A stretch of DNA of 64,000 nucleotides from positions 113,384 through 177,383 of the forward strand of contig JBBRYG010000005.1 of NCBI GenBank assembly GCA_038237865.1, in the 5' to 3' direction. Position numbers and translations under genes: made by a program. Within the stretch, counting starts at the first letter, position 1; each line of letters begins with the position of its first letter. Below the pieces are notes generated by a model, which had not been told where the DNA came from, did no database searches, and saw only the letters and a list, made by a program, of their open reading frames with translations. The stretch comes from Gaiellales bacterium. GTDB lineage: Bacteria; Actinomycetota; Thermoleophilia; Gaiellales; Gaiellaceae. Of the stretch, positions 49,798-58,520 are shown piece after piece.

Positions 49798-50230
49798 CCT
49801 TCTTCCTCCTCGTCGATCCGGTCTTTCCCCTGCGGCGACTCTCACAGCCGTCGTGACAGTTGGCAAGCGTGGAGGTGGTGAAATGAAGCGCTACCTTTGT
49901 TGAGATGCTTGACCGCTCACGTAAGCGCCCAAGGACGTGAACGAGCGCTAGCAAGACGCGAGATCCGCGACGTGACGCCCGAGATTTCGGCCTGACCCAC
50001 TACCCGCGGCTCTTTTTGACTGAGTCCTTACCGGGTGATGTCCACCTCGCTGCTCCTCGCCCGCAACCGGATGGATCACCGAGATGCGACTCCAGCCATT
50101 TCTGCAGGTCTGTTCTCTATCGGGCGAGCCTTTCGAGGATCGCCTGGTTCTCGTTCATGAACCGGTCGAGCCTCTCCTGGAACGCGCGATTGGAGCGCTT
50201 CGCCTGGACGTGGACGGTGGCCTGCGGCCC

Positions 50231-50357
50231 CCGTCTAGTTAGGACCCGGATCGGCGAGAAGCGGGATCCCAGCCCTCGGGGAGGGACGAATCCTCTAATT
50301 AGACGGTGGCCGCAGGTCACACCGTCCTAGGACCCGGGATCGGAGAAGGTTCGTCTA
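50231..50357. repeat. cluster of imperfect inverted and direct repeats in a non-coding stretch at the island edge
   Basis: The inverted repeat is CCGTCTAGTTAGGAC (50231-45) against GTCCTCTAATTAGACGG-type (50290-50305). The direct repeat TAGGACCCGGATCGG(CG)AGAAG (about 50240-61) recurs as TAGGACCCGGGATCGGAGAAGG (about 50328-49). Confidence 0.35.
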
Positions 50358-50574
50358 GGGCGGCGGATCTCTCCGCGTTCCTCTCGGCAGCGGAGAGCGC
50401 GTCGACGAGCCGACGCCCATCCGCGGGTCTCGGCGAAGACATCCGCCTGCGCGGGCCCGGGCTCGTCGGCTCCGGCCTCGAGCTCGACGGCGAGCTCGTG
50501 CAGCTCTGCGCCTTCTCGACCCACGGCTCCCACGCCGACACGCGCATCGCGCGGCCGAGCCGCCGTCGTTGATC

Positions 50575-50616
50575 GTCACTTGACATGTGACTAAATAGTC
50601 ACGTATCGTTGGACAT
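50575..50616 (+). promoter_or_regulatory. putative leaderless promoter with overlapping ArsR-type operator
   Basis: TTGACA (50580-85), an 18-nt spacer, TATCGT (50604-09), then 7 nt to the ATG at 50617. The palindrome GTGACT-AAAT-AGTCAC (50587-50602) lies in the spacer, with a third GTCACT half-site at 50575-80. Confidence 0.45.
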
Positions 50617-50937
50617 ATGGCCGACGACGATCTCGCCTTTCGCGCACTCGCAGACCCGACGCGGCGCTTCCTGCTCGACCGGCTCTTCGAGCGTGACGGC
50701 CGCTCGCTCACCGAGCTCGAGTCCGGGCTGGAGATGACGCGCTTCGGGGTGATGAAGCACCTGCGCGTGCTCGAAGACGCGAACCTCGTCGTCACCCGGC
50801 GGCAGGGGCGGGAGAAGCTCCACTTCCTGAACCCCGTCCCGATCCGGTTGATCCACGACCGCTGGATCGACAAGTACACGGAGCGCCAGGTCTCGGCGCT
50901 CGCCCACCTCAAGACCCAACTGGAGGATGCAGGATGA
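50617..50937 (+). CDS. ArsR/SmtB-family transcriptional regulator
   Basis: 106 aa. 'FRALADPTRRFLLDRL...SLTELESGLEMTRFGVMKHLRVLEDANLV'. Confidence 0.9.
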   Translation: MADDDLAFRALADPTRRFLLDRLFERDGRSLTELESGLEMTRFGVMKHLRVLEDANLVVTRRQGREKLHFLNPVPIRLIHDRWIDKYTERQVSALAHLKTQLEDAG

Positions 50938-51212
50938 GCACAATGGTCGAGGGCGAGGTGCTGGAGGTCGACCCGCCGCGCAAGCTCGTCCAGACGTGGA
51001 AGTTCCTCTACGACCCCGAGCTGCGTAGGTGACCTGGGTGAACCCCTCCGCGGTACGAGATCGAGGCGCAGGAGGGTGGAATCTCGAAGCTGACCGCGAT
51101 CCACGAGCTCGAGGGCGCGCCGAAGACCGCCGAGCACGTCGCGAGCGGCTGGAGCTACATCCTCAGCGGCCTGAAGACGCTGCTCGAGACCGGCAAGCCG
51201 CTCGCCGGCTAG
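50934..51212 (+). pseudogene. remnant of SRPBCC/AHSA1-like gene (N-terminally truncated, frameshifted)
   Basis: The ATG overlaps the arsR stop as ATGA. It reads 'MSTMVEGEVLEVDPPRKLVQTWKF' and then hits a stop. Another frame continues 'YEIEAQEGGISKLTAIHELEGAPKTAEHVASGWSYILSGLKTLLETGKPL', a typical SRPBCC C-terminus. Confidence 0.6.
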
Positions 51213-51275
51213 CTACCACCCGCACTGGAAGCCCCGACGGCGCGGCCCGCAAGCCGCGCCGTCGCCGTCCCCGGG

Positions 51276-51905
51276 CTACTTGCCCTTGCCCTTCGGCTTT
51301 CTCGGAACGATGTCGCCGTGGGTTCGGATCTTTCCGCCCTCAAGCCTGTCCGTCCACGTGCCACGACCGCCGTCGGTCGCGTGGTAGACGAACTCGTAGC
51401 GGGTGTACTTGAAGCTCTTGAAGCCTTCTCCGCTCGTGAAGTAGGCGCTCAGCCAGTCGTAGGTGCCGGAGCACTCGCCCTTGCGATCGCTGGAGAGGCA
51501 GCCGAAGTTCTTCGTCCCGAGGTCGCCGCGGGTGGGCTGCCCGGAAGGGGAGAAGCGCGCGGCGAACGTGTTCGTCGACGATCCCTTGACCGTGCCGCGG
51601 ATGCCGGCCGGAATGGTGGTCGTCCCGCCCGGGCTCGCGCCGGCGACCGTCGTAAAAGTGCCGTTGTAGGTCGAGGTCGAGCAGTAGCGGTTGGTGCCTT
51701 TCCGCCAGACCCGGACGGTGCGCACGTAGTTGTCGAAGGCCCAGTTGTTTCCCCTGGTACCCGTGTCGATGTCGTTCTGGACGCGGTAGCGGACATCGAG
51801 CACGCGTGTGCCGGCTCCGCAGCCGCCGTTCTTGGGGCCGCTCGCAGCGGTCGCGGGGCTCGCCAGGATCAAGCCTGCGAGGATCGCTGTGAATGCCGCT
51901 TTCAC
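51276..51905 (-). CDS. secreted hypothetical protein
   Basis: 209 aa from the GTG at 51905. Signal peptide 'KAAFTAILAGLILASPATAASG', several Cys residues, and a Lys-rich tail. Confidence 0.55.
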   Translation of the reverse strand: MKAAFTAILAGLILASPATAASGPKNGGCGAGTRVLDVRYRVQNDIDTGTRGNNWAFDNYVRTVRVWRKGTNRYCSTSTYNGTFTTVAGASPGGTTTIPAGIRGTVKGSSTNTFAARFSPSGQPTRGDLGTKNFGCLSSDRKGECSGTYDWLSAYFTSGEGFKSFKYTRYEFVYHATDGGRGTWTDRLEGGKIRTHGDIVPRKPKGKGK

Positions 51906-51927
51906 ACCAAAACAGACGATTTTTAAG

Positions 51928-52716
51928 TCATAAACTTGCGGTCTGCCGCCAGGAGGCGGTGATGCCGATCGGTGCGCCCGCCGCGACGCCGGGACGCTCG
52001 TAGAGCCGGACGCGAGCGGCGCGGACGAGCTCGCGGAACTCCTCGTCCGTCTCGGCCTCCCGGACCTCAGCCGGTCCAAGGCGGACAGACTCCTCTCCGG
52101 CACGGAGCTCGACCCAGGCCTCCCCGCCCTCCGAGGCGAGCCTGCGGAGGGCACCGCTCGCCGCCACCTGGTCGAGCTCCGAGACGACGCGCTCGAGCTC
52201 GTCCACGAGCCGGCTTTCGCTGACGACCCGAAAGGCGGCCACGAGCGAGCGGTAGTACCAGAGCTGGTCGGCCTCCGGGTTGAACCGGCCCCAGAGCTCC
52301 TCGCCGAGCTCGCGGTAGTCGAAGAGCACCGAGCGGGCGTTGTGCACCTTGTCGGCCAGGGAGACGCGGACGATCGACGGGTGTGCTTCGGCCAGGCGGG
52401 CGATGTAGCGCTCCTTGCGAGGGCGCCAAGCGGGCTTCGGCTGGATGTCCGCGTCCGAGCAGCCGACGACGATTTCCGCGACGCGCTCGCCGTAGCGCTC
52501 GACAAGCTCCTCCGCACGGATTCCGCAGTCCTCGATCGCGTCGTGCAGGAGTCCCGCGATCGCCTCGTCCTCGTCGCCGCCGTCCTCCAGCACGAGCGCG
52601 GCGACGCCCAGGAGGTGCGCGACGTAGGGGATGCCCGTGTCGCCCTTGCGCTCCTGTGAGGCATGGGTGCGGGTCGCGTAGACCAGCGCATCCTCGAAAC
52701 GGTTCCCGAGCGGCAC
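51928..52716 (-). CDS. HD-domain hydrolase (SpoT/Mesh1-like small alarmone hydrolase type)
   Basis: 262 aa from the GTG at 52716. 'PYVAHLLGVAALVLEDGGDEDEAIAGLLHDAIED' is the H...HD signature of the (p)ppGpp-hydrolase fold. Confidence 0.78.
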   Translation of the reverse strand: MPLGNRFEDALVYATRTHASQERKGDTGIPYVAHLLGVAALVLEDGGDEDEAIAGLLHDAIEDCGIRAEELVERYGERVAEIVVGCSDADIQPKPAWRPRKERYIARLAEAHPSIVRVSLADKVHNARSVLFDYRELGEELWGRFNPEADQLWYYRSLVAAFRVVSESRLVDELERVVSELDQVAASGALRRLASEGGEAWVELRAGEESVRLGPAEVREAETDEEFRELVRAARVRLYERPGVAAGAPIGITASWRQTASL

Positions 52717-52763
52717 GCGCGCATCATCCCGTGTCCGACGCGACGGCGACACTTGCAGGGCGA

Positions 52764-53852
52764 ATGGCCGATCCGCGAGACGAGATCGCCGAAGCCTGGG
52801 CGGCGCTCGCCGAACGGGAACGGCGCCTGAACGAGACGGTGACGCGGCGCTCCGCCGAGCTCGACGCGCGGACGACCCGCTTCGACCAGCTCTCGGTAGA
52901 TCTGGACGAGCGCGCACGGCTCGTGACCGAGTCCGAGGCCGGCCTACTCGAGCAGCGGCGCCGGCTCGCAGAGGCCGAGGAGGCGCAGCGCGTCCGAGAG
53001 CTGGCCGCGCGTGACCTCCAGGCGGAGGAGGAGCGCGTGGGCGAGTTGAATCGACGCGCTGACCAGCGCGAGCGCGAGTTGCGAGCCGCGGCGATCGAGC
53101 TGGACGAGCGCGGCGAGTGGATCGCCTCGGCCGAGGCTGCGCTCGATACCCGCGAGGGCCAGCTCGGAGAGCTCGAGCGGCTCAAGGAAGATCTCGAGCG
53201 TCGTCTGGTGGACGTCGGAGACCGCGAACGCCTAGTGGATGTCGTGACGGCACAGCTCGACCAGCGCGCGGCGGCCCTCGAGGCGCTCTCCGCCGACGCC
53301 GTGCAGCGGCAGCGGCGGGCGGACGAGCAGAACCAGAAGCTCGAGCCCCTGCTCGCCGGTGCCTCCATCCGGGAGCGCACGGTCGCGGAGAAGGAACGGC
53401 AGCTCGAGGAACGTGAGAGGAGGCAGCTCGTCTCCGAGGAGCATCTGAGCCGCCGGGCCGCCAAGATCGCGCTGACAGAGACGCGGCTTTCGCACCGGGC
53501 GCGGGACATCCGCGAGGTGGAGGCGCGCGTCGAAGCGATCGAGCAGCGCGAGCAGGAGCTGGACGGACGCCGAGAGGAGCTCGAGCGGACGGCTCGGGGA
53601 CTCGACGAACGTGGCGGCTGGCTCGCGGCGGCGGTGACCCAGCTGGACGAGCGTGAGCGCGTCCTGCGTGACCGGGAGCACGAGGTGCGGCGCATCCAGG
53701 GGCTGGAGACCGCATTGGCTGAGCGAGCGGAACGGCTCGACGATCGTGAGCGCCGGCTGATCGCCGCCGAGGAGGAGCTCACGGGGCGCCGCCGCCAGAT
53801 CCGTGACGCGGAGCTCCGCCTGGGAGACGCCGAGCCTGAGCCTTCGACCTGA
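52764..53852 (+). CDS. repetitive coiled-coil protein
   Basis: 362 aa from the ATG at 52764. It is E/R/L/A-rich with heptad-like character and a recurring 'LDER..(W)L' unit: DLDERARLV, ELDERGEWIA, GLDERGGWLA, QLDERERVL, RLDDRERRL. Confidence 0.7.
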   Translation: MADPRDEIAEAWAALAERERRLNETVTRRSAELDARTTRFDQLSVDLDERARLVTESEAGLLEQRRRLAEAEEAQRVRELAARDLQAEEERVGELNRRADQRERELRAAAIELDERGEWIASAEAALDTREGQLGELERLKEDLERRLVDVGDRERLVDVVTAQLDQRAAALEALSADAVQRQRRADEQNQKLEPLLAGASIRERTVAEKERQLEERERRQLVSEEHLSRRAAKIALTETRLSHRARDIREVEARVEAIEQREQELDGRREELERTARGLDERGGWLAAAVTQLDERERVLRDREHEVRRIQGLETALAERAERLDDRERRLIAAEEELTGRRRQIRDAELRLGDAEPEPST

Positions 53853-53988
53853 GTCGCCGGTCGCGACCTGATCGGAGTCGGCTCGAAATCGGTGCAGAGC
53901 CGCACGAGTTTCTCCGGTAGCGTCGGTCTCGAGGGTGGTGGGATAGTGCCTCCACCCAAAGGGCGGGGGGTGCGCGCGCGTCTACGTC

Positions 53989-54492
53989 TTAGCGGACCTC
54001 GAGAGCCATCAGGATCGCGTCCACGAACTCGTCCCCGCGGCGGTAGTGCCTCGTGCGGTAGCCCTCCCGGACGAAGCCGAAGCCCTCGTACAGCGCGATC
54101 GCACCCTCGTTCGACGGGAACACGTGGAGCTCGAGCTTCTGCACCTCCGTCTCGCGCGCCCAGTCGACGGCGGCCTCGAGCAGCGCCCGCCCGATCCCGC
54201 GCCGCCGGTGCGAGGCAGCGACCATCAGCCCAAGGTCGGCGACGTGCCGGCTGGCGGGGTGCTGGTCGCGCGCGATCGAGAGCCGGCCGACGACGCGACC
54301 GTCGTCCTCCGCGACGTAGACGGCGGCATGCGGGAAGCGGCGGATCGCTCGGAGGTAGCGACGCTCGTCGGCGGCGCTTCGCCAGCCGTTCCGGGTCGCG
54401 AGCCAGCCCTCGGGCTCGGCTGCGACGGCCTCGCCGAGCTCCGTCAGCTCGACCGCGTCGCGCGGCTCCGCGGGCCGGACGACGGCCGTCAC
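53989..54492 (-). CDS. GNAT-family N-acetyltransferase
   Basis: 167 aa with the acetyl-CoA motif 'HRRRGIGRALLEAAVDWA'. 4-nt overlap with ggt. Confidence 0.88.
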   Translation of the reverse strand: MTAVVRPAEPRDAVELTELGEAVAAEPEGWLATRNGWRSAADERRYLRAIRRFPHAAVYVAEDDGRVVGRLSIARDQHPASRHVADLGLMVAASHRRRGIGRALLEAAVDWARETEVQKLELHVFPSNEGAIALYEGFGFVREGYRTRHYRRGDEFVDAILMALEVR

Positions 54493-56030
54493 TCGACCAC
54501 GACTCCCGCGCCGCCTCGCCTCGGGTCCCCGGCGGCTGCGAGCCCCCCGTCGGCTCCGAGCTCGACGGCCGCGACGCCGCCGAAGTAGAGATTTCGCCGG
54601 CGCCAGCGCGTCACGTCCCAGCCGAGCCCCTCGAGCCGGTCCAGCTCTACCGGCTCGTGGCCGCCCTCGCAGTGGAGATGCGCCCCCTCCAGGTGAACGC
54701 GCGGCCGCTCGATCGCTTCCTCCACCCCGAGGCCGTGCTCGACGACGTTCACGATCACCTGCATCACCGCGCCGCGCAGCCTGAGCGACCCCGCGCTGCC
54801 GACCACCAGTCGCGGCCGGCCGTCCTCGACGATCACGGACGGGCTCATCATCGAGGAGAGCCGCGAGCCCGGTCGTGGTGCCCGCGCGAGATCGAATTCG
54901 CCGAGCATGTTGTTCAGCTGGAGGCCCGTGCCCGGGACGACGACCCCGGAGCCCGAGCCGGTCGAAGCGGTGAGAGCGACCGCGTTTCCCGCACCGTCGA
55001 TGACGGAGATGTGAGTCGTGCCACGGGCCGTTGGGGGCTCTGCGACGATCGCCCCCGGCTGGAGTGAGGCGGCGCGCTCCTCGAGCGCCTTCGCAAGTCC
55101 GCCGCGACGCAGGTGCCGATCGAAGCCGTCGAGACGGGCACGCGCTTGCTCACCCATCACGGACGCGAGCGCGTCGATCGCCGAGGCGCTTCCGGGCGGG
55201 CCACTCTCGAGCTGCTCGAGCAGACGAAGGCCGAAGGCGATCAGAACGCCTCCGGCGGACGGCGGTGGGTTGGAGCGGAACTGCCGGCCGCGGAACACCG
55301 CTTCGGCCGGCCGCCGGCGGATCACGCGGTACTCCTCGAGATCCCGGCGGGTGATCGTCCCGCCGCCGGCGGCGAGGTGCTCGACCAGGGCGGCGCCGAG
55401 CTCCCCGCTGTAAAGGTCGCGCGCGCCCCGCTCGGCGAGCCGCTCGAGCGTCTCGGCGAGGTCCGGAAGGCGGAGGCGGTCGCCCGCGGCGAGCCGCTCG
55501 CCTGCCTGCTCGTACAGCACACGGCTCTCCGGCGTGTGGCGCAGGATCAGATCGAGGATCGCATGGAGATACGCCTGCGCTCGGGTGAGCTCGATGCCCT
55601 CGCGCGCGAGCTCGACGGCCGGGCCGAAGAGCTCGCGCCACGGAAGCGTCCCGAAAGCCCGGTGCGCCGTCTCCAGCCCGAGCGCCGCGCCAGGGACCGC
55701 GCATGAACCGGCGCCGATCCTGAAGACCTGGTTCGACCCGCCGGAGAAGTCGACGTCGACCGCGTCCATCGTCCCGAGCGCATCGCCTCGACCCCCGAGC
55801 CCGGGCACCGCGACGAAGAAGTCGAAGACCCGAGTGGTGGAGTCGGCCGCACGGTGGACGAGCATGAAGCCCCCGGCGCCGGGGCCGGTGAGCGGGCTCT
55901 CGGCGACCCACGAGACGAGCGCTGCCGCCACGGCCGCGTCAACGGCGTTGCCGCCCGCCTCGAGCACGCGCGCACCGGCCTCGGCCGTGAGCGGATGGCC
56001 TGCTGCGATCGCGCCTCGCATCCAGGGCAA
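54489..56030 (-). CDS. ggt: gamma-glutamyltransferase
   Basis: 513 aa. 'GGNAVDAAVA', the autoprocessing/nucleophile region 'ARGTTHISVIDGAGNAV', and 'SSMSP'. Confidence 0.9.
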   Translation of the reverse strand: MPWMRGAIAAGHPLTAEAGARVLEAGGNAVDAAVAAALVSWVAESPLTGPGAGGFMLVHRAADSTTRVFDFFVAVPGLGGRGDALGTMDAVDVDFSGGSNQVFRIGAGSCAVPGAALGLETAHRAFGTLPWRELFGPAVELAREGIELTRAQAYLHAILDLILRHTPESRVLYEQAGERLAAGDRLRLPDLAETLERLAERGARDLYSGELGAALVEHLAAGGGTITRRDLEEYRVIRRRPAEAVFRGRQFRSNPPPSAGGVLIAFGLRLLEQLESGPPGSASAIDALASVMGEQARARLDGFDRHLRRGGLAKALEERAASLQPGAIVAEPPTARGTTHISVIDGAGNAVALTASTGSGSGVVVPGTGLQLNNMLGEFDLARAPRPGSRLSSMMSPSVIVEDGRPRLVVGSAGSLRLRGAVMQVIVNVVEHGLGVEEAIERPRVHLEGAHLHCEGGHEPVELDRLEGLGWDVTRWRRRNLYFGGVAAVELGADGGLAAAGDPRRGGAGVVVE

Positions 56031-56083
56031 GCGTAATCCGTACCCGGCCCGCCCAACCGCCCGTTGAACATCGCAGAGAGTCC

Positions 56084-57112
56084 ATGCACGGCCAGGTCGG
56101 GATCAACTCACTGCTCTCGCGCCGCTCGGTGCTCGCAAGCACGCTCATGTTGGCGGTGATTGCGCTTGCCGTGACGATGCCCGGCCTGCTCGGACTGCGG
56201 GTCGGGGACGCCCTCACAGGGTTGGAGGCGGCGCGGCCGGCCTGGCTCTGGGCGGCAGCGTTCTCGTTTCTCGGCTCGCTGGTGGCGACGGCATCCGGCT
56301 GGCGCTCGGCACTCTCGCTCTGCGGCGGGAGGCTCTCCCGTTCGGATGCAGCAGCCCGGTATGCGATCGGCAGTCTCGTGAACAGCATCTCCCCCGCCCG
56401 AATCGGCGAGCCGGTTCGGCTGGCGCTCTTTGCGCGCGCCTTGCCCGGGGGCGATCGCGCCTGGCGGATGGGCGGCGCGTTCGGCGTGATCGGCGCCGCG
56501 CGGGCGCTCGTGTGCCTGGTCGTGCTGGCAGGCGCGACCGTGGCGGGCGTCGTCCCGGTCTGGCCGCTCATCGCGCTCACGGCCGTCGTCTCCCTGACCG
56601 CAGCCCTCGCGTTCGCGGCCCGCGACCGGACTCCCACCACGCGCGCCGCGCACCTTCTCGACGCCTTCCGGGGACTCGCGCAGCAACCTCTGGGCGGAAC
56701 AAGGGTGCTCGGCTGGATCGCGGCCGCCACTCTGGCCCGGTTCTTCGGCGCCGTCGCGATCGCGGTTGCCCTCGGGGTGCGCTCGCCCGTGTTCGCAGCG
56801 CTGATCATGCTCCCGGCCCTCGACCTCGCCGGGCTGATCCCGCTCTCGGGCAACGTCGGAATCACGAGCGGCGCAGTCGCGATCGCCCTCCAGACGCACG
56901 GCGTCTCGATGTCGCAGGCGCTTGCGGCAGGGCTCGCGTTCCACGCGGTCGAGACGGCAGCCGGGCTCGGCTTCGGGCTCGCCGGCGCGCTCGTCCTCGC
57001 CCGGATCGACTGCCCACGCGCACGGCGGAGAATGATCGTGCTCGCCGGGGCGGGCGCGGCAGCGTGCCTGGTCGCCGCCTTCGCGGCCACGGTCGTCTTA
57101 CCGCTCGCCTAG
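56084..57112 (+). CDS. UPF0104 / lysylphosphatidylglycerol-synthase-TM-region-like membrane protein
   Basis: 342 aa, polytopic. 'YAIGSLVNSISPARIGEPVRLALF' resembles the family core (from memory). Confidence 0.7.
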   Translation: MHGQVGINSLLSRRSVLASTLMLAVIALAVTMPGLLGLRVGDALTGLEAARPAWLWAAAFSFLGSLVATASGWRSALSLCGGRLSRSDAAARYAIGSLVNSISPARIGEPVRLALFARALPGGDRAWRMGGAFGVIGAARALVCLVVLAGATVAGVVPVWPLIALTAVVSLTAALAFAARDRTPTTRAAHLLDAFRGLAQQPLGGTRVLGWIAAATLARFFGAVAIAVALGVRSPVFAALIMLPALDLAGLIPLSGNVGITSGAVAIALQTHGVSMSQALAAGLAFHAVETAAGLGFGLAGALVLARIDCPRARRRMIVLAGAGAAACLVAAFAATVVLPLA

Positions 57113-57134
57113 CGGCGAAGGTCGGGGCTTACAG

Positions 57135-58520
57135 CTAGGGGCTCGTCAGAAACGAGGGCGGCTCGAGCTCGCCCTCGCCTGTGAGCGACCCGACGAACGA
57201 GCTGCGGCGGCGAGGCGAGCCGAGCCCGGTTGCGACGACGGTGACCCAGACCTGGCCGGTCAGGCGCTCGTCGATCGTCGCGCCGAAGATGATCTGCGTG
57301 TCGTCGTTCGCGGTCTCGCGGATCACCTCGGCGGCCTCGTTCACCTCGAGCAGCGACAGGTCGTCGCCGCCGGCGATCGAGAGCAGGATCCCGCGGGCAG
57401 CCCCGAGCTCCGTGTCGATCAGCGGCGAGCGGAGGGCGCGCTCGGCGGCCTCGCGCGCACGATTCTCGGTCGCCGACGAGAAGCCGATCCCCATCAGCGC
57501 CGTCCCGGAGTCCTCCATGATCGTCCGCACGTCTGCGAAGTCGAGGTTGATCAGGCCGGGCAGGGTGATCAGGTCGCAAATCCCCTGCACGCCCTGGCGG
57601 AGAACGTCGTCGGCGATCTTGAAAGCGTCGAGCATCGACGTCGACTTGTCCAGCACTTCCAGCAGGCGGTCGTTCGGGATCACGATCGTCGTGTCGCAGG
57701 CCGCGCGGAGCGTCTCGACGCCCTTCTCGGCCTGCCCACGGCGCTTCGTCCCCTCGAACTTGAACGGGAGCGTGACGATGCCGACCGTGAGCGCCCCGAG
57801 ATCCTTCGCGATCCGCGCGACGATCGGGGCTGCGCCCGAGCCGGTGCCGCCACCCTCGCCTGCGGTCACGAAGACCATGTCCGCTCCGCGGAGCGCGTGC
57901 TTGACCTGGTCGTAGCTCTCCTCGGCGGCCTGCCGGCCGACCTCGGGGTCTGCGCCCGAGCCGAGCCCCTGGGTGAGGTCGCGACCGATGTGAATCTTCG
58001 TCTCGGCGTCCGACATCTGCAGCTGCTGGAGGTCGGTGTTGACGGCCACGAAGTCGACCTGGTTGATGCCGGCGTCGATCATCCGGTTGACGGCGTTCAG
58101 GCCCGCGCCGCCGACGCCGATCACCTGAATCTTCGCGAGGTACGAGCTCGCCCCGCCGCTCGGGGCACGGTGCAGGCGCGGAGCGGGCTCTGGTAGCGGC
58201 TCGAGGTAGCGCGCCGCCGGCGGCTCCGGCGCGATCTGCGGCGGTGGAGGCGTCGGCTCGGGCGTCGGATCCGGAGCCGGAGGCATCGGAGGCGGCTCGG
58301 GATCCGGCTGGCCGGGCTCGGGGATCGGGTCCGGACGCGGCGGTGCGGGCGTCTCGATCTCGTCCTCCCAGGTCGGAACGTGCTCGACCGTCGTCTCGTG
58401 CGGCTCCTCGGGAGTGCTCGCGTCGGGCTCCCCGACCTCCTGCTGTCGCTGCGCGGCCTCGGTCGCCCGAAAGAGCTCCGCCAGCGGCCCCTCACGCATG
58501 CTCGCGCGCTTTCGCGCCAT
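57135..58520 (-). CDS. ftsZ: cell division protein FtsZ with apparent ~130-aa N-terminal extension
   Basis: The core begins '[19 protein letters not shown]', followed by 'NTDLQQL' and '[10 protein letters not shown]'. The C-terminal peptide is 'ELEPPSFL'. The start is uncertain: in-frame ATGs are at 58520, 58499 and 58286. Confidence 0.92.
   Translation of the reverse strand: MARKRASMREGPLAELFRATEAAQRQQEVGEPDASTPEEPHETTVEHVPTWEDEIETPAPPRPDPIPEPGQPDPEPPPMPPAPDPTPEPTPPPPQIAPEPPAARYLEPLPEPAPRLHRAPSGGASSYLAKIQVIGVGGAGLNAVNRMIDAGINQVDFVAVNTDLQQLQMSDAETKIHIGRDLTQGLGSGADPEVGRQAAEESYDQVKHALRGADMVFVTAGEGGGTGSGAAPIVARIAKDLGALTVGIVTLPFKFEGTKRRGQAEKGVETLRAACDTTIVIPNDRLLEVLDKSTSMLDAFKIADDVLRQGVQGICDLITLPGLINLDFADVRTIMEDSGTALMGIGFSSATENRAREAAERALRSPLIDTELGAARGILLSIAGGDDLSLLEVNEAAEVIRETANDDTQIIFGATIDERLTGQVWVTVVATGLGSPRRRSSFVGSLTGEGELEPPSFLTSP

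Noticed and set aside
50117-50320. A 67-aa minus-strand ORF whose tail, 'VHVQAKRSNRAFQERLDRFMNENQAILERLAR', looks protein-like and could be an antitoxin or regulator remnant.
   Set aside because: The N-terminal two-thirds look non-coding and overlap the repeat cluster. I saw no recognisable family, SD or partner gene. I kept it only as context for the boundary-repeat finding.
50355-51137. A 260-aa minus-strand ORF.
   Set aside because: It is antisense to the clear ArsR gene and SRPBCC remnant, and is Arg/Ser-rich.
53892-55067. A 391-aa plus-strand ORF across the GNAT and ggt genes.
   Set aside because: It is antisense to two well-supported genes and extremely Arg/Pro-rich.
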